A DNA stretch of 24,601 nucleotides, from contig CAXHAT010000120.1 in NCBI GenBank assembly GCA_964014485.1, positions 1-24,601 of the forward strand, read 5' to 3'. Numbering within the stretch: the first letter of the stretch is position 1; each line of letters begins with the position of its first letter. Shown here piece by piece: positions 17,601 through 24,601 of this stretch. The translations under genes and the position numbers were made by a program. Origin of the DNA: an uncultured Deferribacteres bacterium. Lineage in GTDB: Bacteria; Zhuqueibacterota; Zhuqueibacteria; Zhuqueibacterales; Geothermadaptataceae. Under the pieces are notes generated by a model, which searched no databases, was not told the origin of the DNA, and saw only the letters and a program-made list of their open reading frames with translations.

Positions 17601-19296
17601 CCGCCGGATCGTGCTTGAATCGGGTGAATTCTTCGGTTGCGGGGTCAAATTTATTGAGACCGGCTTCGGTGCCAAGCCACAGGATTCTTCCGTTTTCGAC
17701 GAGCGACTCGTGAATAATCCAGACGCCGTCTGAACCCAAACTTTTGCTATTGGCGGCGTCATGTCGGAAGTGTTTGAAACGCCCAGTCTTCGGTTCGAAG
17801 CGATTCAGGCCGCCGCCCCAGGTTCCGAGCCACAGCACCCCGGGTTCCGCTTCGCGTTCGTGAATGGATGTCACCCAATTGTGACTCAAACTGTTTGCGT
17901 TGTTTCCGAGGCGTTGAAAATTTTGGAAATTTCCGGTGCTGCGATCCAATTGGTTCAGCCCGCCGTTTCTCGTGCCGATCCACAGCGTTCCAGCCCTGTC
18001 TTCAAAAACCGCCCAAACGGAATTATCGTTCAACCCGCGACCAGTTTGCGCCGACCGTCGATACTGTTCCTGAAAATTTGCATTCTGGTCAAATTTGTTA
18101 AGCCCGCCAGTCAAAGTCCCCACCCAGATCGCGCCGTCGCCGTCTTCGTGGAAAGCCCAAATCGCATTGTCGCTCAAGCTGCGCGGATTCTCAGGGTCTT
18201 TTTGGACATGCTGGAATGGAAACGGTTCATGCTCAAAGCGGTTGAGTCCGGCGCGGGTTCCAATCCACATCCCGCCTGAGCGATCTTGCGCAATTGAAAA
18301 GACGTCGTTGACCGACAGGCTTTGCGGATCTTTGGGATCGTGTTGATGGTGGGTGAATTTCTCTGAATCGAGGTCAAATCGATCAAGCCCGCCGCCTTGC
18401 GTACCAATCCAAAGCGTTCGTTCCTGATCGAGGTACATGCAGCGAATATTGTCGCTGCCTAAACTATTCGGATCACCGGCGACGTGCTTAAAATGGCGTA
18501 TGTTATCGTTTTTTTGATCGATCCGAAACAAGCCCGATCTTGTACCAACCCACAGTATTTTCTCACCTGCGGCAGGTTCTTCAACAATTTCAGTTATCCA
18601 GGCTTGATTTAAAAGCGGCGAAGAAGATTGAAAAGGTCGCAAAACTTCGGCGGCGCGGTCGAATTGCTTGAGTCCCTTTTCTGTCCCGACCCACAGAACG
18701 CCGTCGCGGTCTTCGTAAATGACATCCACCCAATTGTGCGCCGCGTTGTTTGAGTCAGAGGCGGCATAGTAAAAACGTGTAAATTCGCCGGTTCCGGGTT
18801 CAAACCGATTGAGACCATTGGACGCGCCAAGCCAAAGTTCTCCTCTCTTGCTCTCGAAAAAAGCCAGGATGTAATCGCTGCTAATAGTCCGCGTATTTGT
18901 CGTATCATAACGAAAATACGAAAAGCTTTCGCTGACCGGATTGAACAGATTGAGTCCGCCGCGACGCGTGCCAATCCAAAGGTTTCCAGATAGGTCTTCG
19001 AAAATGGTCTCGATCCAGTTATCGCTCAGTCTTCCCCGGTTCTGTGAATCATGCGTATAAGTCTTAAACGCATAGCCGTCAAATCGATTCAACCCTTCCT
19101 GGGTGCCAAACCACATGAAACCGTTGCGGTCTTGAATTATGCTCTGAATTGTATTTTGCGACAACCCCAATTCGGAATCGAAACGCTCGAATCGCACTTT
19201 GTTATTGGACAAAGCCGGCTGGAGATAAGCGCACACTAACAAAACAAAGACGCTTGCAAAAGAAACAAGAGCTTTGGACGAGAAGCCAGTTCTCAT
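14656..19296 (-). CDS. Hybrid sensor: 14x Reg_prop beta-propeller, Y_Y_Y, TM, HisKA, HATPase_c, REC and class III adenylate/guanylate cyclase
   Basis: Repeats such as LSDNWIETIFEDLSGNLWIGT; YAFKLDG..ENW..LSPGSYTLNVRGSN.DGVWN; PPWWRTMWAY TM; H-box FLANTSHELRTPL; NLVGNAIKFT, DTGIG, GGTGLGL; REC LLVDD..LLDVMMP..AKPF; cyclase SDVRRFT, DRYTGDA, SDAVNLTNRIE. Start is ATG 19296 or GTG 19353. Confidence 0.92.
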   Translation of the reverse strand: MRTGFSSKALVSFASVFVLLVCAYLQPALSNNKVRFERFDSELGLSQNTIQSIIQDRNGFMWFGTQEGLNRFDGYAFKTYTHDSQNRGRLSDNWIETIFEDLSGNLWIGTRRGGLNLFNPVSESFSYFRYDTTNTRTISSDYILAFFESKRGELWLGASNGLNRFEPGTGEFTRFYYAASDSNNAAHNWVDVIYEDRDGVLWVGTEKGLKQFDRAAEVLRPFQSSSPLLNQAWITEIVEEPAAGEKILWVGTRSGLFRIDQKNDNIRHFKHVAGDPNSLGSDNIRCMYLDQERTLWIGTQGGGLDRFDLDSEKFTHHQHDPKDPQSLSVNDVFSIAQDRSGGMWIGTRAGLNRFEHEPFPFQHVQKDPENPRSLSDNAIWAFHEDGDGAIWVGTLTGGLNKFDQNANFQEQYRRSAQTGRGLNDNSVWAVFEDRAGTLWIGTRNGGLNQLDRSTGNFQNFQRLGNNANSLSHNWVTSIHEREAEPGVLWLGTWGGGLNRFEPKTGRFKHFRHDAANSKSLGSDGVWIIHESLVENGRILWLGTEAGLNKFDPATEEFTRFKHDPADDRSLSNNSVWSIYETPDGVLWVGTNSGLNRFDRESGAFTRFRKKDGLPNEVIYGVLGDDHGNLWLSTNLGIIKFNPETGEIKNYQARDGLQSNEFNANACLLTRSGKMYFGGINGFNVFSPDSIRDNHHVPPIQITGLKRYNSDIAEGTAIDEKGVAYRDEITLSYKDEILTFEFAALNYRKTFKNQYAFKLDGLNENWIQLGTERRATFTSLSPGSYTLNVRGSNDDGVWNEDGAKLTLIITPPWWRTMWAYAFYLLLFISAIWGYIRFRTQAQARELSFKRRELEQEQKVTAELRRVDKLKDEFLANTSHELRTPLNGILGVTESLIDSFEDDPPVKTRSNLRMVASSGRRLTALVNDILDFSKLKSHDLQIDKRPVDIRVLTDVVMKLSEPLTKGKSVALKNEIPADIPAADGDENRLQQILHNLVGNAIKFTHEGSVVVSAIQKNGRVEVAVKDTGIGVPEDKFETIFKFFEQADASTARAFGGTGLGLAVTKQLVELHGGEIWLESKIGEGSTFSFSIPVSVGNAAPTTESRLARVRDAGELLAHDDLAKLEKQFLLANEHGDFSILLVDDEPINQLVLANHLSQTNYAFTHAADGEEALKLIDSGKRFDLVLLDVMMPRMSGYEVCQKIRRKHLASEMPVIMVTAKDQVQDLLEGLASGANDYLAKPFSKDELLARIKTHLNLLKINSAMGKFVPHEFLRYLQKESIVDVKLGDHVEMDVAIFVSDVRRFTTISEKMTPTENFNFINAYFSLVSPLIRKNHGFVDRYTGDAIMAIFPRSVDDALQSSLETLRQLQEFNKVREKKSQQPIEIGVGLHSGGLMLGIVGEEERLQGDIFSDAVNLTNRIEGLCKQYGVSIIISEAASRELKDRDSYHTRFLGKIQVVGKDDFVSLYEVYDGDPDDVLALKLKTKEDFENGLASYFVKEFARAVVSFENVLKISPKDKAAKLYLERAAQYVVKGVPEDWQGVEQVNTK

Positions 19297-19343
19297 TAAT
19301 TTGATCAATCTGCTATTTTTTGTTCTGAATTGCGAAATAGATC

Positions 19344-19563
19344 GTTTCGACACTCTCTACCTGACACTTTTTGTAAACTGTGTTTCCGGGCCGTCTAAAG
19401 GCCGCGTTTTGTCATTCTGGAGGAATCTTTGTTTTCGCCCAGTGCAGATCATGCTCAAAAGTTCAAGGGTCGGATCAAAAAAGATGCTTCCAGCATGACA
19501 ATTCCGGCCTCTTTCGCCAGTTTTAGAACCCTATACAAAGTGTCAGGTAGTGAATTTCGACAC
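19344..19563. mobile_element. About 220-bp MITE/REPIN-like long palindromic element
   Basis: Perfect 14-bp IR CTACCTGACACTTT (19357-19370) / AAAGTGTCAGGTAG (19537-19550); inner IR 19410-19430 / 19480-19500 (TGTCATTCTGGAGGAATCTTT, 3 mismatches); flanking direct repeat TTTCGACAC at 19345-19353 and 19555-19563. Confidence 0.7.
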
Positions 19564-19649
19564 AATCTCCGTCCCAAACGCATGGGATGGTTTGCCTTGG
19601 ACTTCGTTAAATCTTCTCTACATTCGGCAAATCTGTAAATACTAAATGG

Positions 19650-19868
19650 TGTTACGCACGGCAACGTACATCCTGAATCTTGGAGCAACTATCGTCTCAT
19701 TAGCGCCTGGCTTCAGCCCGGAGATGCACGAATCGCTCATTTTCATCTCTTCCGCCGCGCCTGCGCGGCGGAAGAGATGGGACAGCCGTCTTCAAAAATC
19801 TCCGTTCTGAAGAGCGGAGCTAATGAGAATCAAAAGTTGTCCCAGACTCTGACCGTCCGTGCGTAACA
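19650..19868. mobile_element. Second long nested palindromic element (REPIN/MITE-like)
   Basis: Terminal IR TGTTACGCACGG (19650-19661 / 19857-19868); TCTCATTAGC / GCTAATGAGA; CTTCAG / CTGAAG; CGGAGAT / ATCTCCG; central perfect 17-bp stem 19744-19760 / 19763-19779. Confidence 0.75.
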
Positions 19869-19900
19869 TCAGATCCTAAAACTCTTTCAGGAGGTGGATA

Positions 19901-20185
19901 ATGCCGTCAGAATCAGGGACAATAACGTTCGTAAATTTAAGTGAGTTTGAAGCCGGCATTTACGTTCAAGACGAGAACGGTGATGAAGCGCACGTTGTCG
20001 ATTTAATGCCCGGGCAATCTTCCGAGCAAGAAACGGTTGAAGATGAGGTCTGGATCATCAAGGACAAAGAACTGGATCAGCAAGTCGGAACGGCTTATGG
20101 CACAAGCGGTCAACAAACCCATGAGATAAAATTTCGCCGTGGTCGCAGCGGCCCGGAAGCAAGCGGTTCCGGCGGCGGCAATTGA
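19901..20185 (+). CDS. Small acidic protein with a VHL beta-domain-like fold and a Gly/Ser-rich tail
   Basis: Strong SD AGGAGGT (19889-19895). ITFVNLS...IY..DENG......L.PGQS..Q.T.....WIIKD aligns without gaps to the VHL beta-domain pattern F.N.S......W....G....Y..L.PG......S...H.W..RD. Confidence 0.65.
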   Translation: MPSESGTITFVNLSEFEAGIYVQDENGDEAHVVDLMPGQSSEQETVEDEVWIIKDKELDQQVGTAYGTSGQQTHEIKFRRGRSGPEASGSGGGN

Positions 20186-20233
20186 TACAAGTTTTTCCCA
20201 AATTTACCATTGGGGCGCAGCAGTAAACTGGAG

Positions 20234-23200
20234 TTACCAACTCACTTCCTTCAACGCCTTCTGTCCAACTTCTGAGATAAAATAATTCAAGTGGTGGCAA
20301 GCGATGCGCTCTTGCTTTGGCGCGGGGTTGCGCTTGTCGCTCACGTCAATAATGCTGTCCACACTGACGGCGATGTCATGCGTGCCGCTGCCAAAAAGCG
20401 CGGACATGACAATACCTTGTCCCGCTTTCGCCAGCATTTTGGGAAAGAACTGATCTGACGGCTCTTCGTATTCTTCGACATTCCCTGCCAGAATCGTGTA
20501 GCGAACGCCCGGATCGTCGCTGCTATTGAGTTCGGTCATGAAATCGGAAGAAGGATTCATTTGCTCTAACGTCGGCGTGATCTTTTTCGAGCGATTCAGT
20601 AAAAACATAAGCGCGCCGTTAAAAGGCACAAGCGCCGGGATATAGTTCATCGCCACGCCGGTGAGCATTTTGAAAATTTTGCGCGCCGTCTCGATTTTGC
20701 CGAAAGGGGAGCCGTTGTTGGGCGTGCCGCACATGACCAGATGATCCACCATGGCATTGCCGCCTTCGCGCTCAATAAACCAGCGCGACGCCAAGCCGCC
20801 CATCGAATGCGCCAAAACCGTCAACTTTTTGTTGTCATCTTTTCCAAAGCCGACGGCGGCCAGTTTCTTCTTCAAATCAAGCGCCGTCTTGCTGATCGGC
20901 GTGCTCAAGTTTTCATAATCGAACGTAAGCACCAAGTCGAAATCTTCATTCAACTTTGCTTGGTGCAGCCCTTCCGCAATTACCTGTGTATCGCCGATGA
21001 TCCCGTGCACCAGAACCGCAACATTTTGCGCTTCGCTCACTTTTTCAGCCACGCCGGACTTGCGCCGGGCTACGGTTCCGTCGTCCTTGAGCTCCACCCA
21101 ACACAATTGATTGACATTGTCGTGCTTTAGGTACGTCTTAAAAAAGTAGAGCTTAAGCGCTTTGCCCAGGCTGCGGCGATTGTCCGGAACCTCGGGAATA
21201 TGATCGATGCTGATGTGCGTGTTTCCGCTGTCGTCCTTATGAACGTCCCCGCCCAGCATGACGTGCTCGCCGTCGTAGACCAGCGGAAGAATGCCTTCAT
21301 TTTCATCGAGGGGCACATTCAGATCGATCTCCAAGGGATTCTCCGCCAGCGCTTCATCATTTTCAATATCCGTGATTTCGAGAATGCTTTCGCTGTCGCC
21401 GCGCGTTCCAGCAAAGTTCATCATCTGCAAACCTTGCCGCTCAAAAGCCTTGTAGAAATCATCACCGTCCCCCACGCTGCGAGAGGCCGTTTTAGCCGCG
21501 GCAAGGCTGAGATTGCCTTTCAAGTTGGGGTGTCCCTTAATGACGATTTTTCCATTCGCCAAAGCGGCATCGTTCGCGCCTGCCTGATCGAGTTGGCGGA
21601 CAACGCGTACTCGCATGCTCTTGGTGAACCAATCATTGCGACGAATGATTTTCCTCCTCGGCTTCACTGTGCCCAGCCCACCGCGAGACGCTCCGCCAAG
21701 TTCGATGAATTCTCCGAGTTCCAATTCGTCCTGAGTGAGTAAAAAATCATCCACACGCTCGGTGCTGACAATCAATTTAAAGTCCACGATGATCTCGTTT
21801 TCTTCATCGTCGAGATAAAAGTAGTCTTCTTCATCTTCGCCCCAGAGTGTAAAATAGCTCTCGCCCGGAGGTGCAGGATCGTTACGCAGAATATAAATGC
21901 CATAGGCGGGAGAGAAATAAGCTAGAACAAAATGCAACTCTTGACTGGTACGATTGCGAACTTTGATTTTTCCTCGAATTTCTGGCCAGTCTTCTCCAAC
22001 CTTTCGGAAATCAAGCGCAATCTCTCCTTCCGGATAAATGTGCTCCTGACCGTCGTCCTTATCTTCAGCATAGACAAAATCGACTTGTGACGCATCCAAT
22101 CGCGCGCTTTTGTTTTGCAGCGCCAAACTTCTTTCCCACTGCGCCACTTTCTTGACGACGCCGTGCATCGTCTGCGCTGATTCTTCAGAATAGCCTGCGC
22201 CTTTCACGCCTTGAATAAGCTGATCGAGCTCGAGTCGTTTAAGCAAAAATTCGCCGTTTTTCGCGCTTATGCCATAACTCGCGCCTCGCGCCGAATCCGT
22301 CAATTCGACGCCGACGGACGGGTTGAGTGATTTTCGGAGCGCCTCTTTACCCTGTTCATCGCCATCGACATACACCGGCAACGGCGCGGCGGGCAGGCTC
22401 GTCATTTCAGCGTAGTAGCGCGCTGATTCGTCTCCGGTAAAATCAAGTTTCAACTCGCTTTTCTGCGCACCAACCTGAATCGTTTGAGCACGTCCCGCAA
22501 AAGTTTCCTGGGCGTCTTCCGGGTAAAGCGCGAACGCAGCATTTTTCTCCGGATCAGTCGGCAGTCCGTGTAAGGCGCCGCAGTCAACCGTCCAGTCGCC
22601 GTTCTTAAAATAAACACTGTAACGCCGTGCATCATGGGAAGCTTCGCCGCCGAAGACGCCGCTAAAAGCGTTAAAATGCTCAAGCGCCTCGAATTGCGGA
22701 GTTTGGTTGTCCACTTCTTTTCGCATTTCCGCCCTGCAGCGCATGAACAGGTCGGCGTAGGAAATGTCGCTGCCGGACTTGTCGAGCACATTCAAAAAAA
22801 TGCTGGTGAACAGACCGCTGCGATCTTTGGTTTCAAACGCCTTTTGCTTGCGGTCGCAGGCGGCGAGCAGGATGTGCTTGCTGCGGGGGATGGAGAGCGC
22901 GGCGCCTTTTTTCTTTCGCTGTGCATAATAGCCGTCGAGATAGCTGTCTAACGGGCGTTCTTGAAAGACCTCGTGCGTTTGTCGCGTTTTGAGGTGCGTC
23001 ATTGAATCGGCGTCGCGGGTGGCGGAGCCGGAATGACAGCAATCCAGTAGTACGGCAATATGCGGATCGTTTGCCGCCAATTCAGAAAGCAGGAGCGCCA
23101 ATTCCTTGTCAGCCAGATCAAAAGGGTACGCGCCGCCTTCGGTTCGGCTGTCGAAACAAACCAACCCTTCATCCTTGCCGTCCGGATAAAACTCGTGAAA

Positions 23201-23479
23201 CTCTTTTGCCGCGCTCCAGCGTGCGCCGTGCCCGCAATACTGGAAAATCGCCACGTCTCCGGAACTCGCCTTTCCAAGATGAGAGCGAAACTGTTTGATG
23301 ATATTGTCGCGCGTTGCATCGCCGTCTTTCAGCATTTCAACGGCGAGCGCGTCCTTTTTGAAATGATCCGCCAGGTAAGCGTGAAAATTATCAACGTCAT
23401 TCACACATCCGGCCAGACGGCCAACCTCGGGCGTATATTCGTTTATGCCGACGAGCAATGCATAAATATTCCTGGACAT
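20234..23479 (-). CDS. Caspase-family (peptidase C14, meta/orthocaspase) protein fused to a C-terminal alpha/beta-hydrolase (lipase/PGAP1-like)
   Basis: YALLVGINEY, LAGCVND, ATRDNI, YCGH84G, LDCC148HSG, HILLAAC, QTPQ. C-terminal VLVHGIIG, AHS892MGG, GTPNNGSP, HDIAV, CHHLNYF. No signal peptide. SD GGAG upstream. Confidence 0.92.
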   Translation of the reverse strand: MSRNIYALLVGINEYTPEVGRLAGCVNDVDNFHAYLADHFKKDALAVEMLKDGDATRDNIIKQFRSHLGKASSGDVAIFQYCGHGARWSAAKEFHEFYPDGKDEGLVCFDSRTEGGAYPFDLADKELALLLSELAANDPHIAVLLDCCHSGSATRDADSMTHLKTRQTHEVFQERPLDSYLDGYYAQRKKKGAALSIPRSKHILLAACDRKQKAFETKDRSGLFTSIFLNVLDKSGSDISYADLFMRCRAEMRKEVDNQTPQFEALEHFNAFSGVFGGEASHDARRYSVYFKNGDWTVDCGALHGLPTDPEKNAAFALYPEDAQETFAGRAQTIQVGAQKSELKLDFTGDESARYYAEMTSLPAAPLPVYVDGDEQGKEALRKSLNPSVGVELTDSARGASYGISAKNGEFLLKRLELDQLIQGVKGAGYSEESAQTMHGVVKKVAQWERSLALQNKSARLDASQVDFVYAEDKDDGQEHIYPEGEIALDFRKVGEDWPEIRGKIKVRNRTSQELHFVLAYFSPAYGIYILRNDPAPPGESYFTLWGEDEEDYFYLDDEENEIIVDFKLIVSTERVDDFLLTQDELELGEFIELGGASRGGLGTVKPRRKIIRRNDWFTKSMRVRVVRQLDQAGANDAALANGKIVIKGHPNLKGNLSLAAAKTASRSVGDGDDFYKAFERQGLQMMNFAGTRGDSESILEITDIENDEALAENPLEIDLNVPLDENEGILPLVYDGEHVMLGGDVHKDDSGNTHISIDHIPEVPDNRRSLGKALKLYFFKTYLKHDNVNQLCWVELKDDGTVARRKSGVAEKVSEAQNVAVLVHGIIGDTQVIAEGLHQAKLNEDFDLVLTFDYENLSTPISKTALDLKKKLAAVGFGKDDNKKLTVLAHSMGGLASRWFIEREGGNAMVDHLVMCGTPNNGSPFGKIETARKIFKMLTGVAMNYIPALVPFNGALMFLLNRSKKITPTLEQMNPSSDFMTELNSSDDPGVRYTILAGNVEEYEEPSDQFFPKMLAKAGQGIVMSALFGSGTHDIAVSVDSIIDVSDKRNPAPKQERIACHHLNYFISEVGQKALKEVSW

Positions 23480-23827
23480 GAATGATAGCTCCGGTGTTTG
23501 GGTTGGCGGTAAGGAAGACGTAATTTACGCGAAAAATCATTGCGAAACGTGCAGGATTTGAGGAAGCGCGAAACAAAGTTCTGGTATTTTAGTGACGAAT
23601 GCCGCGATGCGCAAGGCATTTTGGCACAACGCAAATTGTTTGATGCGCCTTGTTCCCCTGCTTTTGTTTGGCTAAGTTCAGACAATTTGAACGCCGGGAT
23701 GCAACAAAAAGCAGCGTTCTCGCAGATTAATTTCCCCACCTGAATCAAGGTTAAGGAAAAATCTCTTGATCGGCGAAGGTATCATAGGGCGCTCAAAGGC
23801 TTTGATTCCGCAGTAGGACTACAAATA

Positions 23828-24178
23828 TTATCCCGCAGCTTTGAAGCGTGCTTCAATTTCGTTTAGTACTTCGTCAATTGTAATGCGAGGGTTTTCATGC
23901 ACGGTTCCGGCCTCGTGCCGATGATGAGGGAATGTAGAAAGGTGGTGGTGATGCGATGCGTTATCCCAACGGACAATTAATTGATTTTGCGCATCCTGCC
24001 AATGGTAGGAATATTTATTTTTGCCAGCGATTGAAGATTCTTTTATGTGAAGGGATGATCCATCCGTCAGTTCAGCGCGGCATTTCAAATATCTTACCGC
24101 AGCTTCGTCGATTAGATCGGCGATCCGTACATGTTTTACAATCGGGCTGCGCCGCAGCGCCTCTACGATATCAAGCAT
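23828..24178 (-). CDS. tumE: DUF6516 / TumE-family toxin
   Basis: KYSYHWQD....LIVRWDNA.HH..L.TFPHH.H motif typical of DUF6516; 116 aa; overlaps the upstream small gene. Confidence 0.8.
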   Translation of the reverse strand: MLDIVEALRRSPIVKHVRIADLIDEAAVRYLKCRAELTDGSSLHIKESSIAGKNKYSYHWQDAQNQLIVRWDNASHHHHLSTFPHHRHEAGTVHENPRITIDEVLNEIEARFKAAG

Positions 24179-24450
24179 CCCCGCAATTCCTCATATCGGG
24201 TTTTCCACTCTTGCGCGGCGGCGTCAAGCGCTTCCCATTCAATGAAGTCGTCCCATTCTACAAAAGATTCATCTTCCGATTTTTCTATGCGTTTTTTGAA
24301 GGTTCTGAAATCGCAACCGTATTTAGTCTTGAATACTCGTGCGCGGCTGGCAAAATATTCATATTTTGTTGTCGCATGAGAGAGAGACAAAGTGAGAATC
24401 TCGTTTTCTTCTAGCCACTCCGGCACACTGATAGTTCGTTTCGCGATCAT
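24163..24450 (-). CDS. Putative antitoxin (TumA-like) upstream of the DUF6516 gene
   Basis: F..KYG.DF..F......DDFIEW motif; helical with an acidic C-terminus; 16-nt overlap with the toxin gene. ATG 24450 follows AAAGG (ORF track start is 24528). Confidence 0.7.
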   Translation of the reverse strand: MIAKRTISVPEWLEENEILTLSLSHATTKYEYFASRARVFKTKYGCDFRTFKKRIEKSEDESFVEWDDFIEWEALDAAAQEWKTRYEELRGCLIS

Positions 24451-24601
24451 ATTGACGCCTTTGTATTCGTCCTTGATTCTTAAGGAAAGGCAAGATAGCT
24501 CAAAAATACAAGCTAATATACTTTCCATGACAAATCAAGTACAACTATTTAGTGTCCATCCGTAGCTTGTTCAACTCTATGATAAACAATATTTTACTTA
24601 C

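Noticed and set aside
19274..19688. Short ORFs in the divergent intergenic region
   Set aside because: They run through palindromic elements and lack an SD or protein-like features.
20186..20233. Intrinsic terminator between the convergent VHL-like and caspase genes
   Set aside because: Only a 5-bp CCCAA/TTGGG stem, with no following U-tract on either strand.
2821..23479. Numerous 60-200 aa antisense or alternate-frame ORFs inside the large genes
   Set aside because: They are shadow ORFs with no recognisable motifs, overlapping well-supported CDSs.
23621..23640. TTGGCAC as a sigma-54 promoter
   Set aside because: There is no TTGC at the -12 position, and it points away from the caspase gene.
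23480..23827. Integron attC site downstream of the TA pair
   Set aside because: No complementary RYYYAAC/GTTRRRY core pair with an internal stem could be found.

Overview
Bacterial contig end, probably from an FCB-superphylum organism such as KSB1, Calditrichota or Ignavibacteria (inferred from a QNYPNPFNPST secretion tail and a Reg_prop/Y_Y_Y sensor). Bases 1-50 are an untrimmed Illumina Nextera adapter. A housekeeping block follows on the + strand: the topA 3' end, a HIT hydrolase and two Opp/Dpp-type ABC permeases. The rest is a mostly minus-strand accessory region. In transcription order it encodes a TumA/TumE-like toxin-antitoxin pair, a caspase (peptidase C14) fused to an alpha/beta-hydrolase lipase, a small convergent VHL-beta-domain-like protein (+ strand), a Reg_prop/Y_Y_Y-HisKA-HATPase-REC-class III nucleotide cyclase, a membrane-spanning CHAT protease-nSTAND1 NTPase-TM-16xWD40 receptor, a secreted hypothetical protein, a double-trypsin-domain protease with one dead copy, and a large Asp-box beta-propeller secreted protein. 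Five different palindromic REP/REPIN/MITE-like elements lie in the intergenic spacers. The best candidate for an undescribed system is an innate-immunity-like protease cascade linking an NLR-like CHAT receptor, a caspase-lipase with repeated Arg-Gly/Ser linker sites, a cyclase sensor and a VHL-like protein. The domains are visible in the sequence, but their functional linkage is inference.
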